DNA from: a virus
Taxonomy: Duplodnaviria; Caudoviricetes
Direction: 5' to 3' (one strand)
DNA length: 64,000 nt
Virus record (IMG/VR): IMGVR_UViG_2907233695_000001
Coordinates: 100,119-164,118 of that record
Below, piece by piece: positions 61,295 through 64,000 of this stretch (its first letter is position 1; each line of letters begins with the position of its first letter). The notes beneath the pieces were generated by a model. The model saw only the letters and a list, made by a program, of their open reading frames with translations, was not told where the DNA came from and did not search any database. A program made the translations under genes and the position numbers.

Positions 61295-61750
61295 ATGATT
61301 CAAGTTTTAAATGATTTACTTGTATTGGTAAGTCAAAATTGGGAAACGATTAGTTCAATTATCGGCTTCTTCTTGGTAACGGTTGGTGGTTATAAATACA
61401 CTCAACAATCTTCTAAGAATTATGCAACTGGTTTAGCCAAGACTCTTATGTTTGCTGTAGAGAAGAAAGCAACTGACTTACTGCTAACCACAGGAAAAAA
61501 TAAGTTCGACTTCGTTGTCTCAGAGGCGTATGACAAATTTCCAGCATTAGTTAGAGTACATATTAGTAAGCCAATGTTTAGTATGCTCGTTCAACAATTG
61601 TTTGATGAAGCTGTTGCTATTGCAAAAGAGCATCAAACTGAACAGCCAATTATGCAAGCACCAACTATTCCAGTGGCTACAACTAATGTTCAACAAACTA
61701 TTCAAGATGCACAATCAAATCAATCTGTTCAATTAACACAATCAAATTAA
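61295..61750 (+). CDS. holin (LL-H-like)
   Basis: N-terminal TM, AVEK..TGKNKFDFV; after endolysin. Confidence 0.65.
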   Translation: MIQVLNDLLVLVSQNWETISSIIGFFLVTVGGYKYTQQSSKNYATGLAKTLMFAVEKKATDLLLTTGKNKFDFVVSEAYDKFPALVRVHISKPMFSMLVQQLFDEAVAIAKEHQTEQPIMQAPTIPVATTNVQQTIQDAQSNQSVQLTQSN

Positions 61751-61761
61751 GGATAACTTTT

Positions 61762-61807
61762 AGGGGTAAATTTGGTCTATTTTAGGCTGAGTTTACCCCT
61801 TTTTTTA
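61762..61807 (+). terminator. intrinsic terminator ending late operon
   Basis: 18-bp stem AGGGGTAAATTTGGTCTA/TAGGCTGAGTTTACCCCT + T7. Confidence 0.8.
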
Positions 61808-61922
61808 TCATTTTTACACGAAAATACGTTCCCCCTCTTAAAACGTTCCAAATGGCTCTGTAATGCGTCCTAAACCTCCCTCCTCTCTTATATCGAAAAA
61901 ATACCCATGTTGCCCCTAAAAG

Positions 61923-62255
61923 TCAATATTTGAACTTTACGCCATATTCAGATGAATGGTCATTCACTATACTGTTGGAACCGTCAAGATAGTAAATTTT
62001 AAATCCACGATCTTTCACTTCTATTCTGAGCACATGTTCACATAATGAACCTTCAACACGTACACCTTTCAATTTCAAGTGTGTTTCAACAATATGTATG
62101 ATATCAGTTTCTTTGATGGTGAAATTGGTGCAAGCATCTTTCCCCTGTTTCTGATAAGTCGTACATGTATATGAGTTATGAGTCCTTAATTGCTTACCTC
62201 TAAATTTCCCTCCACATTCGAGACACAAAATTTTTCCATTTCCGAACTGGTACAT
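61923..62255 (-). CDS. stand-alone recombinase zinc-beta-ribbon domain protein
   Basis: GKILCLECGG...YTCTTYQKQGKDAC...IKE parallels GLTVCGHCGA...YLCSAYHKKGEC of the neighbouring integrase; AAGAGGG RBS. Confidence 0.7.
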   Translation of the reverse strand: MYQFGNGKILCLECGGKFRGKQLRTHNSYTCTTYQKQGKDACTNFTIKETDIIHIVETHLKLKGVRVEGSLCEHVLRIEVKDRGFKIYYLDGSNSIVNDHSSEYGVKFKY

Positions 62256-62271
62256 AACGTGTGCCCTCTTC

Positions 62272-62301
62272 CTTTACGATGTAAAGTGACAATGATATAA
62301 T
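62272..62301 (+). promoter_or_regulatory. sigmaA promoter for HTH-integrase operon
   Basis: TTTACG-17 nt-TATAAT with TG extension; palindrome CTTTAC-gat-GTAAAG over the -35. Confidence 0.6.
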
Positions 62302-62339
62302 ATGCTTGTACAAATTTATTATGAAAGGTTCTGTATTGT

Positions 62340-62531
62340 ATGAGCAATAACGATGTCATCCCAAAGTTATTAGGCCATAAAGAAGTAACTGAGTATTTGG
62401 GATGGTCAAAACAACTCCTGAACGATTATATAAAACGAGGAAAATTTCCGCAACCTGTTCAAGTCCTAGCCAGTAGCCCCATTTGGACAGAAGAACAAAT
62501 CATAACATTTAAACATTCTAGAGAACGATAA
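62340..62531 (+). CDS. AlpA/excisionase-like HTH protein
   Basis: LLGHKEVTEYLGWSKQ....YIKRGKFPQP.....PIW..EQI. Confidence 0.75.
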   Translation: MSNNDVIPKLLGHKEVTEYLGWSKQLLNDYIKRGKFPQPVQVLASSPIWTEEQIITFKHSRER

Positions 62532-62547
62532 TCGGGAGGACAAATAA

Positions 62548-63972
62548 TTGAAAGTAGCAATTTATATACGTGTTAGTACTGATGAACAAGCGACAAAGGG
62601 TAACTCACTCCTTGAACAGAGAGAACGTCTAGAAGCGTATTGTAAGGCCATGGATTGGGAAGAATATGAGGTTTTTGAAGACGATGGCTATTCGGCTAAA
62701 GATATGAATCGTCCTAAGCTTCAAGAGATGATTGAACAAATCAGAAATAATAAAATCCAAATGGTCGTGACTACGAAGATTGACCGTCTATGTCGTAACC
62801 TGCTTGACCTACTCACTTTTATTGATGACTTAGTTGAATATGATTGTGGTTACGTTTCAGCAAGTGAAAGTTTCGACACATCCACTCCTGCTGGCAGAAT
62901 GGTATTACAAATTCTCGGAGCATTCGCAGAATTTGAACGCGAACGCATACGAGAACGTGTTAAAGACAATATGAAGTCACTCGCGAAGAAAACCAATAAG
63001 GTCATAAATCGCCCCTGCTATGGATACGATGTTGTTGATGGAGAATACGTTATAAATCAAAGGGAAGCAGAAATTATACGGAAGATGGCAAATTGGGCTA
63101 TCAGTGGCGATGGTTGCCGTTCAATCGCAATCAGATTAAAAGGAGAATTAACAAAGGACGGAAATTCGTTTTCAGAAGGGTTTGTACGTAAATTACTTCA
63201 AAGAGAAACTATAGCAGGAATGTTCGTTTACAATCGCAAATACACACTAAAGAACAAGACTAAAACACGACCAAAAGAAGAATGGATCGTGAATGAAAAT
63301 CACCATGAGGCTATAATTGACAGAGAAACATATGAATTAGTGCAAATGGCTATAAGCTCTAGACAGAAATCAAAAACACAAGCAGATAATGACAGATGGC
63401 TATTATCAGGATTGACTGTATGTGGGCACTGTGGGGCAAACATGACTGGTCAATACCGAAAGAAAGGCAGTAAAGAATATTTTCATTACCTGTGTTCTGC
63501 TTACCATAAAAAAGGCGAGTGTTTTCGGCATAGCATTGTTCGGGATAAAGTAGAACTTGCAATAATAAAAACCTTAGAGAAGATTGAAGAGTACGCACAA
63601 GCTAATATGCTGACTATAGAAACTACTCAAAAATCCGAAGTTAACGTTCAAGCTCTTCAGGATAGGTTGAAAAAGATCAATAATAAAATGCAGAAACAAA
63701 TTGAATTGTATGAAGATGACGAAATTAACAAAGAGGACTTCCGGAGAGCTGCTGATCGAATTGAAAAAGAACGTCTTGAAATAACGAAAGAATTAGAATT
63801 GGCACAACAAGACTCATCCAAGCGAATTCAAGATCAGTTTGTTAAGCGAGTCAAAACCTATAAAGGCGACTGGTCATCCGACGACAGACAAATAGTGAAG
63901 AATTGCTTGAGGCAATTGGTTTCTCGCATAGTTGTTAATGGTAAGAAAGTTGATATTACCTTTAAATTTTAG
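62548..63972 (+). CDS. large serine recombinase (phage integrase)
   Basis: VAIYIRVSTDEQ catalytic Ser, DDGYSAK..RP.LQ, KIDRLCRN, FAEFERE; recombinase domain PCYGY, Zn ribbon CGHCG..C..C, coiled coil. Confidence 0.95.
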   Translation: MKVAIYIRVSTDEQATKGNSLLEQRERLEAYCKAMDWEEYEVFEDDGYSAKDMNRPKLQEMIEQIRNNKIQMVVTTKIDRLCRNLLDLLTFIDDLVEYDCGYVSASESFDTSTPAGRMVLQILGAFAEFERERIRERVKDNMKSLAKKTNKVINRPCYGYDVVDGEYVINQREAEIIRKMANWAISGDGCRSIAIRLKGELTKDGNSFSEGFVRKLLQRETIAGMFVYNRKYTLKNKTKTRPKEEWIVNENHHEAIIDRETYELVQMAISSRQKSKTQADNDRWLLSGLTVCGHCGANMTGQYRKKGSKEYFHYLCSAYHKKGECFRHSIVRDKVELAIIKTLEKIEEYAQANMLTIETTQKSEVNVQALQDRLKKINNKMQKQIELYEDDEINKEDFRRAADRIEKERLEITKELELAQQDSSKRIQDQFVKRVKTYKGDWSSDDRQIVKNCLRQLVSRIVVNGKKVDITFKF

Positions 63973-64000
63973 GTATCACCTAGCGACACATAGGTTGGCC

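Larger units (their letters stand above)
1..63972. mobile_element. SPbeta-like temperate phage/prophage, late region and integrase end (continues beyond left edge)
   Basis: Synteny RNAP(yonO)-HU-phosphoesterase-terminase-portal-capsid-tail-tyrosine recombinase-TMP-Dit-Tal-lysis-serine recombinase matches SPbeta yonO..yomM..yomI..blyA..sprA organisation. Confidence 0.9.

Overview
AT-rich window that is almost entirely the late (morphogenesis and lysis) arm and the integrase end of a large SPbeta-like temperate siphophage of a Bacillales host. Paenibacillus is plausible but is inference only. Nearly all genes are on the + strand, in this order: a left-truncated FtsK-domain gene; a YonO-type single-subunit RNA polymerase; HU; PIN-PhoH; a metallophosphoesterase; a ClpP-like protease; terminase, portal, scaffold and capsid; head-tail and tail-tube genes; a YomM-like tyrosine recombinase; an accessory fibre cassette; tape measure, Dit, a 2201-aa Tal/spike and a 2071-aa fibre; an AEP primase-wHTH gene; the lysis cassette; and a large serine recombinase ending 28 bp from the right edge. 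No CRISPR array, tRNA, rRNA or reverse transcriptase was seen. The main unexplained patterns are: (1) seven copies of a 7-6-7 quasi-palindrome at gene or cassette boundaries, two of which flank a five-gene cassette starting at the tyrosine recombinase stop; (2) a shared three-way-junction leader whose loop is complementary to the downstream Shine-Dalgarno; (3) two paralogous nucleases with 4 versus 8 copies of a 23-aa repeat; (4) a stand-alone recombinase zinc-ribbon protein beside the serine integrase. All family assignments come from reading motifs and synteny by eye; no database search was run.
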